A DNA stretch of 64,000 bases from an uncultured Candidatus Saccharibacteria bacterium (GTDB lineage: Bacteria > Patescibacteriota > Minisyncoccia > Phycocordibacterales > UBA2100), in the NCBI GenBank assembly GCA_964654205.1, contig CAZZHR010000003.1, positions 56,839 through 120,838 of the forward strand. Direction: 5' to 3'. Numbering within the stretch: the first letter of the stretch is position 1; each line of letters begins with the position of its first letter. Made by a program: the position numbers and the translations under genes. Below are positions 45,435 through 54,556 of this stretch, piece by piece. The notes below the pieces were generated by a model. It was not told the origin of the DNA and searched no databases. It saw only the letters and a list, made by a program, of their open reading frames with translations.

Positions 45435-46832
45435 CTAAAACGGTGCAGATTCGCCACCTTGTACCTGCGCTTCGGTTACGAAGTCACCGAAGTCGCTTTT
45501 GTCGATAGAGAGGAACGTGGTCTTCTCCTCGTCGAAGCGGAGCTCCACTTTGCCTACGGGGCCGTTGCGGTGCTTTTCGACGAGGATTTCCGCGATGCCA
45601 GTCTTTTCGTTGCCTGTACGGTTGCCCATCATGTCTTCGCGATGAATGAACATCACAACGTCTGCGTCTTGTTCGATGGAGCCAGAGTCTCGGAGGTCTG
45701 AGAGGCGTGGCTTGCCGCCACGCTGCTCCACCGCACGAGAGAGCTGCGAAAGCGCGAGCACCGGCACATTGAGCTCGCGAGCCATTGCCTTGAGTGAGCG
45801 CGAAATCTCGGTAACTTGCTGCACGAGCGAATCGCTCGCCTTGCCGCTCGTTGGGGTAATGAGCTGGAGGTAGTCGACGATGACGAGACCGAGGTCGCGC
45901 TCCATTTTTAGCCTCCTCGCGACCGATCGCATCGAGAGAACCGTCATGCCAGGCTTATCATCGATGTATATCGGAGCATCGGAGAGCTGCGCGATTGCCT
46001 CCTGGAGCCTGTCGTACTCATCGTCGCGTGAAATTTTGCCCGTGCGAAGCCGCCACGAGTTCACGCCGGCTTGTGCGGCAAGCATGCGGTCGACGAGTTG
46101 CTGTGAACTCATCTCGAGCGAGAATATGCCCACAGATGTCTTGTGCTTTATGGCTGTCTGGCGCGCGATGTCGAGCGCGAGCGAAGTCTTACCCATACTT
46201 GGTCTCGCAGCAAGAATCACAAGGTCAGACTTCTGAAGTCCGGCCAGCATGTTGTCGAGCGTCGGGAATCCGGTCGGTACGCCTCGCATAGAACCTTGGT
46301 GCTTTTGAAGTGATTCGAGACGCTCCCATGCTTCCGCGAGCTCGTCCTTGATAGAACTGAACGTCTGGAGCATTGGTGAATTCGAGACTTGAAATACGGC
46401 AGACTGAGCCTCGTCGAGCACCTGCTCGATATCTCGGTCTTCCTGAAAGCCAAGTTCGCCAATTTTCGCTGCCGCGTCTATCAGCGATCTGAGCACGAAT
46501 TTCGTTTGAACGCTCTGTGCATAATGGCGCGCACTACCTGGCGACGCCGCTGCACCCGCGAGTTCGGAGAGGTACGAAGCACCACCTATATCGGTGAGCT
46601 GCTTGCGCTCCTTGAGTTTGCCTGAGACCGTGACGACATCGATAGGTTCGCCTCTCGCGTGCAGGCTTAGCATCGCATCGAATATCGTTCGATGCTTTGC
46701 CGCATAAAAGGAGTCTATGCCGATAATGTCGGTAATCTCGTACACTGCACTCGGATTGAGCAGAAGTGCACCCAAGAGTGCCCGCTCCATCTCGATGTCC
46801 TGCGGCGGAACGGGCGGGCGGGCTGCTGTCAT
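45435..46832 (-). CDS. dnaB: Replicative DNA helicase
   Basis: N-terminal DnaB domain (…ERALLGALLLNPSAVYEI…), Walker A GARPSMGKTSLAL, RecA-like C-domain; 465 aa with no intein. Confidence 0.9.
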   Translation of the reverse strand: MTAARPPVPPQDIEMERALLGALLLNPSAVYEITDIIGIDSFYAAKHRTIFDAMLSLHARGEPIDVVTVSGKLKERKQLTDIGGASYLSELAGAAASPGSARHYAQSVQTKFVLRSLIDAAAKIGELGFQEDRDIEQVLDEAQSAVFQVSNSPMLQTFSSIKDELAEAWERLESLQKHQGSMRGVPTGFPTLDNMLAGLQKSDLVILAARPSMGKTSLALDIARQTAIKHKTSVGIFSLEMSSQQLVDRMLAAQAGVNSWRLRTGKISRDDEYDRLQEAIAQLSDAPIYIDDKPGMTVLSMRSVARRLKMERDLGLVIVDYLQLITPTSGKASDSLVQQVTEISRSLKAMARELNVPVLALSQLSRAVEQRGGKPRLSDLRDSGSIEQDADVVMFIHREDMMGNRTGNEKTGIAEILVEKHRNGPVGKVELRFDEEKTTFLSIDKSDFGDFVTEAQVQGGESAPF

Positions 46833-47009
46833 GGGGCGATGGTAGCACGGCACCTGTGGCGCGTGGCGGCACACTCATTACGCAATCTGGGACTTTTGTG
46901 TGGAAAACGTCGTCTTTGGCCAGAAGTCGCGGCGGTACTTGACGTGCGGGCAAGGGTTTGATAAAACAAAGCCACAGCAATAAAAATAGTCAAATCGAGC
47001 CATACACAT

Positions 47010-48032
47010 ATGATCTCGTTTTCACCCAAAAACATCACGAAAGAGCTCCTTGCGGAGCTCCCAGAGCGCTCTAAGCGGGTGCTTGTCGACCGTTTCGGCC
47101 TCTCGCCGAAGGGCGAACAGCGCACGCTCGATGCGATAGGCCAGGAGTACGGCATCACCCGTGAACGCATCCGCCAGATTGAAAACCATGGCATAGCGGC
47201 AGTTCGTGATTCCGACGCGTACTCGGAATTCGCGCATGCACTTGAAGAGCTCAAGAAAGCCGTCTTGAATCTTGGCGGCATCCTCTCTCAGGAATCACTT
47301 CTTGGTCATGTCGCAAAGACTGACGCAGATCACAACCACATCATATTCCTTCTCACAGTAGGTCATCATTTTGACGACAGGCGCGAGAACACGGATTTCC
47401 GCGCACGCTGGCACGTGGACGAACAGCTCGCTGAACAGGTAGAAGAGGCACTCGGCAATCTCTACGAATCTCTCGAGTCCAACAAGCTTACTCCCGAGGA
47501 CGAGTTCCTCGCTACATTTACGAAACATCTCCGCCAGGCAGGAGTGAAGGCGCGCGACAATGACGTCATGCTTCGCTGGCTCCACATTTCAAAACGCATT
47601 GGCCGCAATCCGCTCGGCGAATGGGGTCGCACCGAGTCGCCCCATGTCCGCATCAAGAACACGCGCGATTTCGCGTACCTCACACTCAAGCGCCATGGAT
47701 CACCGATGCACTTTACGGAAGTGGCGAAGGGTATCGAGAAGCTCTTCGGACGAGAGACGCACCCTGCAACGACGCACAACGAGCTCATCAAGGATTCTCG
47801 CTTCGTACTTGTCGGGCGCGGTCTGTACGCACTGAAAGAGTGGGGCTACGAGCCGGGTGTCGTGCGCGACGTCATTCGTGGCATACTTGAACGCGAAGGC
47901 GCGCTCACCCGCGATGAGATTGTTGATAGGGTCAAGCGCGAGCGCTATGTGAAAGACGCCACCATCGCGGTGAACCTACAGAATCCGATGTTCGTGCGTC
48001 AGAGTGACGGCAAGTACGCTCTTGCGAAATAG
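47010..48032 (+). CDS. DNA-binding protein with sigma-70 region-4-like HTH (N-terminal) and HARE-HTH-like winged helix (C-terminal)
   Basis: …RVLVDRFGL…TLDAIGQEYGITRERIRQIE… resembles a sigma r4 HTH; …FTEVAKGIEKLFGRE…FVLVGRGLYALKEWGY… resembles the HARE-HTH / RpoE-delta N-domain. Confidence 0.5.
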   Translation: MISFSPKNITKELLAELPERSKRVLVDRFGLSPKGEQRTLDAIGQEYGITRERIRQIENHGIAAVRDSDAYSEFAHALEELKKAVLNLGGILSQESLLGHVAKTDADHNHIIFLLTVGHHFDDRRENTDFRARWHVDEQLAEQVEEALGNLYESLESNKLTPEDEFLATFTKHLRQAGVKARDNDVMLRWLHISKRIGRNPLGEWGRTESPHVRIKNTRDFAYLTLKRHGSPMHFTEVAKGIEKLFGRETHPATTHNELIKDSRFVLVGRGLYALKEWGYEPGVVRDVIRGILEREGALTRDEIVDRVKRERYVKDATIAVNLQNPMFVRQSDGKYALAK

Positions 48033-48120
48033 ATCGCTCTATCTCTCCTCGTCACAAAGAGCGCCGCGAGGCGCTCTTTTCGCGTCATGTCATGCATATA
48101 CGATGGTATAATTTTGCTCA

Positions 48121-49560
48121 ATGAGTGAGAAGACGGGTTGGGCAAGACAGTGGGATATGTATTCCGGCGGCATGGGCAGCCTTCTTTCGATCGACAACTG
48201 GGTCGACTGGATGGGCGGCTGGGGAATGTCGAGAGCTCTCTTTCTGTGGATTCTGTTTGCAGCGGAGTATCTGTGGCTCATGCACCTGATACCGCACCTC
48301 CCCCTGTATACATTCAATTGGCTTGTAGGTACGTCGCCCATATGGCTACCTGTAATTTTAGTGATGGCTGCGTGGCGCGTATGGATATGGTACGTGCATT
48401 CGCTCTTTCTATCCGGTCGCAACCCGATACTGCTCGAGATGAAAGTGCCGCGCGAGATTGATAAATCGCCGCGCGCGATGGAGATTGCGTTCTCTCTGTT
48501 CGCAATATCGTCGGGCGAAACGACGTTCATTCATCGCGGGTGGAAAGGCCAGGTCAGACCATTCTTTTCATTCGAAATGGCGAGCTTTGGCGGCGAGATT
48601 CATTTCTATGTGTGGTGCTGGAAGAACTACAAGAGTGAGGTGGAGAGCGCGATATACGGCCAGTACCCCGAGGTCGAACTTCACGAGGTTGAGGATTACG
48701 CGACAAAATTCGAGTTCGACCCAAGCAAGCACGCGGCCTTTGCAGCAGAGTGGAGACTCGAGTGCTACCACGGTATCAGTGCCGGAGATTTCCGTATCAA
48801 CGCATACCAGCCGAGGTCGTACGTGGATTTTGAGCTCGATAAAGACCCGAAATCAGAGCATCGTGTGGACCCGCTTGCGACGGTTCTCGAATTTATCGGC
48901 AACATCGAACCGCATGAACAAATATGGATACAACACATCATCAGAAAATGCGGCAAGAAGAATATTCTTTTCACGTACGACGAGGACCACGACTGGCTAC
49001 ACGCCATCGAACATGAGGTTGAACGAATCCGAGCCAAGGCCGCTACGGTGAATCCTGGAGACGTCGAGTCAGTTGAGAAGGAGCTCCATATGGAATTCGA
49101 GCGTGCACCGCAGGCTCGCCCCTCATGGCGCCAACAAGAGCAGCTACGTTCGCTCGAGCGCCATATGAGCAAGTACCCATTTGAATACGGTGGCCGCGCT
49201 ATATACATATCGGGCAATGGCCACTTGCACGGACCGACCTACACCGGAATGCGATGGCTATGGAAGCCGATGGGCAATCCCAACTATCTCTCGCAACTGC
49301 GTCCGAGACGATGGAGCTGTGACTTCGACTACCCGTGGCAAGACGTAGCGGATATCCGGTTCAATAACCAGATTCGTCGCGCCCTCGACGCGTTCCGTCG
49401 CAGGAGCTTTTTTCATACGCCATGGATTATACCTACCAACATTCTCACCAACGAGACACTTGCGACGATTTGGCACCCACCGAGCAGTACGGTGCAGGTT
49501 CCCGGACTACGCCGCATTCCTTCTACGAAAGCGAGCGCGCCATCAAATCTTCCTAAGTAG
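48121..49560 (+). CDS. Large Trp-rich hypothetical membrane protein (479 aa)
   Basis: 2-3 N-terminal TM helices then ~380-aa soluble domain rich in W/H/R; no family recognised. Confidence 0.4.
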   Translation: MSEKTGWARQWDMYSGGMGSLLSIDNWVDWMGGWGMSRALFLWILFAAEYLWLMHLIPHLPLYTFNWLVGTSPIWLPVILVMAAWRVWIWYVHSLFLSGRNPILLEMKVPREIDKSPRAMEIAFSLFAISSGETTFIHRGWKGQVRPFFSFEMASFGGEIHFYVWCWKNYKSEVESAIYGQYPEVELHEVEDYATKFEFDPSKHAAFAAEWRLECYHGISAGDFRINAYQPRSYVDFELDKDPKSEHRVDPLATVLEFIGNIEPHEQIWIQHIIRKCGKKNILFTYDEDHDWLHAIEHEVERIRAKAATVNPGDVESVEKELHMEFERAPQARPSWRQQEQLRSLERHMSKYPFEYGGRAIYISGNGHLHGPTYTGMRWLWKPMGNPNYLSQLRPRRWSCDFDYPWQDVADIRFNNQIRRALDAFRRRSFFHTPWIIPTNILTNETLATIWHPPSSTVQVPGLRRIPSTKASAPSNLPK

Positions 49561-49569
49561 AACGCTCGT

Positions 49570-50598
49570 ATGCCTCCTATAGAACCAGAGGTGCAACGCG
49601 TCGTTACCGACCTTGACCAGTTTCAGCAGCGTCTTTCGAGCAGATGGCGTGAGAACGTGAATAAGCGGTCGCTTGTCATCCTTGCCGCGCTCGGTATGGT
49701 TCTCTTGTATACGTACCTGTTCCATGTACGTGCCCCCAATGATTTTCCTATAGGTGAGCTTGTCGCGGTAGAAAGCGGCCGCTCGGTGAGCGAGCTCGCG
49801 TACGACCTCAAGGCGCATGGCGTCATCCGCTCACCGCTTGTATTCAAGGGTTTGATACTTGTACTTGGTTCAGACCGCACAGTGCGTGCGGGCGACTATC
49901 TCTTTAAGGAGCCGAGAGACGTGCTGAGTATTGCGCGCGCAATGGCCGCCGGAGCGTTTGGCCTCGAGCCGATACGCATACGCATTCCGGAGGGAGCACA
50001 TACGAGGGAAATAGCGGCCATTTACGACAGCTTCTTGCAGCGATTCGATGCGGATGCGTTTGTATCAAAAGCACAACCACAAGAGGGATATCTGTTTCCG
50101 GATACGTACTTTTTCTTGCCGAATGCGACTGAAGATACGGTTATAGCGACCATGCGCCAAAACTTTGATACGCAGCTCGCAAAAGTTCTGCCACAGATAG
50201 AAGAGTTCGGTGAGCCGTTGTCTGATATCATCATTCTCGCTTCTATCATTGAGAAGGAGGCGCGCAACTCGGATGACCGACGTAAAATATCGAGCGTCCT
50301 GTGGAACAGGCTTGAGCGCGACATGGCACTCCAGGTCGACGTCACATTTCTCTATACCATCGGCAAGGGGACCTTCGAGCTCACGAAAGACGACCTCGCG
50401 AGCGATTCGCCGTACAACACATACGTCAACAAGGGTCTACCTCCCACACCAATAGGAAGCCCGTCGCTCGACGCCATCCTCGCTGCTGTGCAGCCGGCGG
50501 ACACTGACTACCTTTTCTTCATGGCAGACCTCACGGGAGTGACACATTTTTGCAGGACGCACGCGTGCCATGTCGCTAACAAGGCGCGGTACTATTAG
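49570..50598 (+). CDS. mltG: Endolytic murein transglycosylase MltG (YceG-like)
   Basis: N-terminal TM anchor and YceG domain with …GLPPTPIGSPSLDAILAAV… C-terminal signature. Confidence 0.8.
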   Translation: MPPIEPEVQRVVTDLDQFQQRLSSRWRENVNKRSLVILAALGMVLLYTYLFHVRAPNDFPIGELVAVESGRSVSELAYDLKAHGVIRSPLVFKGLILVLGSDRTVRAGDYLFKEPRDVLSIARAMAAGAFGLEPIRIRIPEGAHTREIAAIYDSFLQRFDADAFVSKAQPQEGYLFPDTYFFLPNATEDTVIATMRQNFDTQLAKVLPQIEEFGEPLSDIIILASIIEKEARNSDDRRKISSVLWNRLERDMALQVDVTFLYTIGKGTFELTKDDLASDSPYNTYVNKGLPPTPIGSPSLDAILAAVQPADTDYLFFMADLTGVTHFCRTHACHVANKARYY

Positions 50599-50624
50599 GC
50601 TCGAAAGTTTGCTAGGGTGCGCAC

Positions 50625-51674
50625 ATGCGCCAGAAAATCTTCGTCGGTATCTCAGGCGGCGTCGATTCGGCTGTTTCAGCCGCGCTTCTTAAGCGCCAAG
50701 GTCACGACGTAGTCGGTGTATTCATAAAAATCTGGCGCCCAACCTTCCTCGAGTGCACGTGGGAAAAGGACCGCATCGACGCCATGCGCGTCGCAGTGAG
50801 CCTTGGGATTCCGTTTAAGGAAGTCGACCTCTCGGAGGAGTACGAGCGCGAGGTCATACGCGACATGACCGAATCATACAGGGCTGGACGAACACCGAAT
50901 CCGGACGTCGAGTGCAACGAGAAGATAAAATTTGGCGCGTTCTTCGAATGGGCTATATCTCAGGGCGCAGATGCGGTAGCGACGGGACACTATGCGCGGA
51001 CCCATACCGTGTCCGATGGCACGGCGCTCCTGCGCGGTGTCGATGCCGACAAAGACCAGTCATACTTTCTGTATCGCATTCCGACAGGTCACTTATCCCG
51101 CGTGCGCTTTCCAGTAGGAGAACTGCTCAAGGCGGACGTGCGGAAACTTGCTCGCGGGTTGTCACTTCCCGTCGCCGAAAAGAAGGACAGTCAGGGACTG
51201 TGTTTTGTCGGCGACGTAAGTCTACCGGAATTTCTGAAGCGCTACATCGAGGTTCGCAGTGGCGATGTGCTCGATAGGGAAGGGCGCGTCATAGGCGAGC
51301 ATGAGGGGGCGGCACTTTATACAATCGGACAGCGGCATGGCTTTATTGTGAGCAAGAAAGACGCTCGTGGCGCGCACTTCGTAACGAACGTAGACGCTGC
51401 CGCAAACACGATAACAGTGTCGAGCGATGTCTCTGATTGCAGACGCCTATCGGTATGGATTGACCACGCGCACCAACTTCGCACTTGGAAGGATGGGGAG
51501 CGTTTGTCCGCTCAATCGCGCTATAGAGAGAAGCCGTTCGCTATTGGTATACGTCTCAGTAGCGATGGTATAGCCGCCGATTTTCGCGACTCGCAACTCG
51601 TCTCTTCAGGGCAATCACTCGTGCTTTACGATGGGGAGAGGTGTCTGGGCGGGGGGCGCATTCGATGTATATAG
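50625..51674 (+). CDS. mnmA: tRNA-specific 2-thiouridylase MnmA
   Basis: PP-loop (VGISGGVDSAVSA), catalytic Cys region, C-terminal barrel. Confidence 0.9.
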   Translation: MRQKIFVGISGGVDSAVSAALLKRQGHDVVGVFIKIWRPTFLECTWEKDRIDAMRVAVSLGIPFKEVDLSEEYEREVIRDMTESYRAGRTPNPDVECNEKIKFGAFFEWAISQGADAVATGHYARTHTVSDGTALLRGVDADKDQSYFLYRIPTGHLSRVRFPVGELLKADVRKLARGLSLPVAEKKDSQGLCFVGDVSLPEFLKRYIEVRSGDVLDREGRVIGEHEGAALYTIGQRHGFIVSKKDARGAHFVTNVDAAANTITVSSDVSDCRRLSVWIDHAHQLRTWKDGERLSAQSRYREKPFAIGIRLSSDGIAADFRDSQLVSSGQSLVLYDGERCLGGGRIRCI

Positions 51675-51716
51675 ACTGTGTACAGCTGCGGCGCGCACGC
51701 GGATTGTACGGTTACA

Positions 51717-52136
51717 ATGCAGGAAATGCTCGACCTCACGCGCCGTCTCGTATGGTTCTTCGTGGTTGCTTCAGCGCTGACGTATTCGGTATTTCTTGTC
51801 GCGGGGAACGCCATTCACACTGAAGCTCTCGGCAAATCTCGTGTGGTGCTAGTGCGCGACTTTCTAAGGGCTGGTGAGCACCATCTTTCCGGCATGGTCA
51901 TGGTGCCATCGACATGCTTGCAACTTTCTGTGTCTACGCGAGACGTGGGGGACTCCACGTACCTTCTCGAGTTCACCACATGGGAACAGCCGTATATAGA
52001 CTGCGTGCCAGAAGACACGCCGCGCGCTTTTCGCGCAGTGGTTTTCGCGCCCTCTGTCGGCGTGCGATTTATCGGCACGCTCGACGGAGGACCGCTTGAA
52101 CTTGCGGTCACTCCCGCGACGGAGCACAGATACTGA
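51717..52136 (+). CDS. Hypothetical membrane-anchored protein
   Basis: One N-terminal TM helix; internal ATG of ORF 51678..52136; no family recognised. Confidence 0.3.
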   Translation: MQEMLDLTRRLVWFFVVASALTYSVFLVAGNAIHTEALGKSRVVLVRDFLRAGEHHLSGMVMVPSTCLQLSVSTRDVGDSTYLLEFTTWEQPYIDCVPEDTPRAFRAVVFAPSVGVRFIGTLDGGPLELAVTPATEHRY

Positions 52137-52138
52137 CT

Positions 52139-52963
52139 ATGTCTCACGTCCTCATTACGAAAGCGGATGGCGAGCGAGAGCACTTCGACCCTGCAAAGCT
52201 TGAGCGCTCACTCTCGCACGCGGGCGCGTCTTCCACCGCGAGCGCGCGAGTCCTGTCGCAGGTCACGCATGAACTCCGCCCGCTCATGACGACGGAAGAG
52301 ATTTATCGCCGAGCTTTTGAGCTTCTAAAAAGGGAAGAGCGCGCGCCCGTGGCAGCACGGTACTCTACCAAGCGAGCAGTGTACGCCCTTGGGCCTTCCG
52401 GTTTTCCGTTTGAACAATTCCTTGCCGAAATATTGCGCGCGCACGGCTGGAGTGTCCGCACGGACATGTCTCTGACAGGGCGCTGTGCTCCGCATGAGGT
52501 CGATGTGCTTGCCGAAAAGGACGGACGCAAAATCGGCATAGAATGCAAGTTCCACAACGAACCAGGCGGTAAAACAGATATCAAGGACGCACTTTATGTG
52601 CATGCCCGGTATGAAGACCTAAAACAAGCGCCTATGGAATCATCTCGAGTGGACGAAGGGTGGCTCGTGACGAACACGCAATTCACGAGCAACGCCATCC
52701 GATACGCTCACTGTACGAATCTCACGGTTCTCGCGTGGGATTATCCAAGAACGCGCGGCCTCATGCAGATGATAGAAGAGGCGAAAGTGCATCCGCTTAC
52801 CTGCCTGACGACACTCACGGATGGCGAGAAGAGGCGACTCCTCGACAATCGGATCGTCTTATGCAAATCAGTCCAGACAGAGCATGTCCTGAGAGAGTAT
52901 GGCGTCGCGCCAAACCGCATTCCACAAGTGCTCGACGAGGCGAAGCGACTCTGCAGCGTCTAG
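52139..52963 (+). CDS. ATP-cone domain protein fused to a restriction-endonuclease-like (Mrr-cat-type PD-(D/E)XK) domain
   Basis: N-terminal …VLITKADGEREHFDPAKLERSL… (ATP-cone-like); …HEVDVLAEKDGRKIGIECKF… (D…E.K nuclease motif). Confidence 0.55.
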   Translation: MSHVLITKADGEREHFDPAKLERSLSHAGASSTASARVLSQVTHELRPLMTTEEIYRRAFELLKREERAPVAARYSTKRAVYALGPSGFPFEQFLAEILRAHGWSVRTDMSLTGRCAPHEVDVLAEKDGRKIGIECKFHNEPGGKTDIKDALYVHARYEDLKQAPMESSRVDEGWLVTNTQFTSNAIRYAHCTNLTVLAWDYPRTRGLMQMIEEAKVHPLTCLTTLTDGEKRRLLDNRIVLCKSVQTEHVLREYGVAPNRIPQVLDEAKRLCSV

Positions 52964-52978
52964 GGGTATAATGCCGGC

Positions 52979-53476
52979 ATGCCAAGCCCGCATTTTTTTC
53001 TCGACCCGACGGTTGTGATGTTTGGAAAGCTCGTTCTCGCCATGCTTCTGGGCGGCCTCATCGGTACGGAGCGCGCGCTCCTTGCAAAGCAGTATGCCGG
53101 TACACGCACATTCGCACTCGTTGCCCTGGGCGCCTGTCTCTTCATCGTACTGGGCAACTTCGTAAATGTCGCGTTCTTGGGTGTGGCAGACATCCAGCCT
53201 ACATTCGTCGCAGCCGCCGTCATCACGGGCATTGGCTTCCTCGGCGGTGGACTCATTGTCTTTCGGCACGACTCGCTCCATGGGGTAACTACGGCCGCGG
53301 GCTTGTGGATGACCGCCGCCATCGGCATGGCTGTTGGCTTCGGACTGTACGCGCTCGCAATCTTCGCCTCAATTCTCATACTGATGCTTTTTACAGGCAT
53401 GTGGTATGTCGAGAACAAGTTTAAACATTGGTTTGCGGAACATCGCGAAGAAATCCTCCCGCCTGCGCAGTTCTAG
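52979..53476 (+). CDS. mgtC: MgtC/SapB family membrane protein
   Basis: …LLGGLIGTERA…AGTRTFALVALG…GIGFLGGG…VTTAAGLWMTAAIGMAVG… matches the MgtC family. Confidence 0.75.
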   Translation: MPSPHFFLDPTVVMFGKLVLAMLLGGLIGTERALLAKQYAGTRTFALVALGACLFIVLGNFVNVAFLGVADIQPTFVAAAVITGIGFLGGGLIVFRHDSLHGVTTAAGLWMTAAIGMAVGFGLYALAIFASILILMLFTGMWYVENKFKHWFAEHREEILPPAQF

Positions 53477-53504
53477 CAGGAGAGTGCGGTGCTATACTCG
53501 CGGG

Positions 53505-54302
53505 ATGAGCAACTACTATAAGCCCGACAGGAATCCAAACTGGAACTACGGTGGCGAGCGCTTCCGTCTCTCTCGCTCCAAGATCTCGCTTTTCATGGAG
53601 TGCCGTAGGTGCTTCTACATCGACAACAAGCTCGGCACCGCTAGGCCGCCGGGCTTTCCGTTCAATCTCAACAGCGCTGTCGATGCACTCCTGAAGAAGG
53701 AATTCGATGTTCACCGAGCTAATGGAACACCGCATCCGCTCATGGAGGCCTACGGCCTCAAGGCAAAGCCATTCGATCACCCTAAAATGGACACGTGGCG
53801 CGATTCACTTCGCGGGGGAATCGTGTACGAGCATGAGACGGGGCTCACAGTCTGTGGGGGCGTGGATGACATTTGGGTCAACGAGGATGGCGAGCTCATC
53901 GTCGTCGACTACAAAGCCACGAGCAAGGACGAGAAGATTGAGTCGCTCGACGAAGAGTGGCACATCGGCTACAAACGGCAAATTGAAATTTACCAATGGC
54001 TTCTCCGTCGGAACGGATTCAAGGTTTCAAACACCGCGTACTGGGTCTATGCAAATGCCAGCAAGGAAGAGGAGGCCTTCGACGGAAAGCTTGTGTTCGA
54101 TGTCACGCTCGTCCCACATACCGGCGACGATTCGTGGGTTGAGGGGACACTACAAGAGCTCAAGCTGTGTCTCGATTCTACCGAGCTTCCGGAGCCTGCC
54201 CCGGACTGTGATTACTGTCGGTACCGAGAAGCCGTGGGGAAAAAGATGCTCGCTTTTGCCAAGAAGAAACCTGCGGGAGAATCCGGTACTCTCGGAATAT
54301 GA
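53505..54302 (+). CDS. PD-(D/E)XK superfamily nuclease, Cas4/RecB-like with N- and C-terminal Cys pairs (putative Fe-S)
   Basis: …DGELIVVDYKA… (D..D.K), QIEIYQWLL (QxxxY), CRRC near the N-terminus and CDYC near the C-terminus. No cas genes nearby. Confidence 0.6.
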   Translation: MSNYYKPDRNPNWNYGGERFRLSRSKISLFMECRRCFYIDNKLGTARPPGFPFNLNSAVDALLKKEFDVHRANGTPHPLMEAYGLKAKPFDHPKMDTWRDSLRGGIVYEHETGLTVCGGVDDIWVNEDGELIVVDYKATSKDEKIESLDEEWHIGYKRQIEIYQWLLRRNGFKVSNTAYWVYANASKEEEAFDGKLVFDVTLVPHTGDDSWVEGTLQELKLCLDSTELPEPAPDCDYCRYREAVGKKMLAFAKKKPAGESGTLGI

Positions 54303-54556
54303 AGACATTTGCGGACAAAGTGCGCGATATCGTGCGACAAATACCGAAAGGTGACACCCTGACGTACAAAGAGGTAGCGACCAAGGCGGGCAACCCGAAG
54401 GCGGCACGAGCCGTAGGAGCCATCATGCGCTCCAATCACGACCCGAGCGTACCGTGCCATCGTGTCATCGCATCCGACGGGACGATGCGCGGATACAATC
54501 GCGGCGGCGCGGAGCGCAAGCGCGAGATTCTTCTTGGGGAGGGCTATCGTTGCTAG
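54299..54556 (+). CDS. MGMT-family (O6-alkylguanine-DNA alkyltransferase C-terminal domain) protein, stand-alone 85 aa
   Basis: HTH region plus active-site PCHRV motif; N-terminal domain absent. Confidence 0.7.
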   Translation: MKTFADKVRDIVRQIPKGDTLTYKEVATKAGNPKAARAVGAIMRSNHDPSVPCHRVIASDGTMRGYNRGGAERKREILLGEGYRC

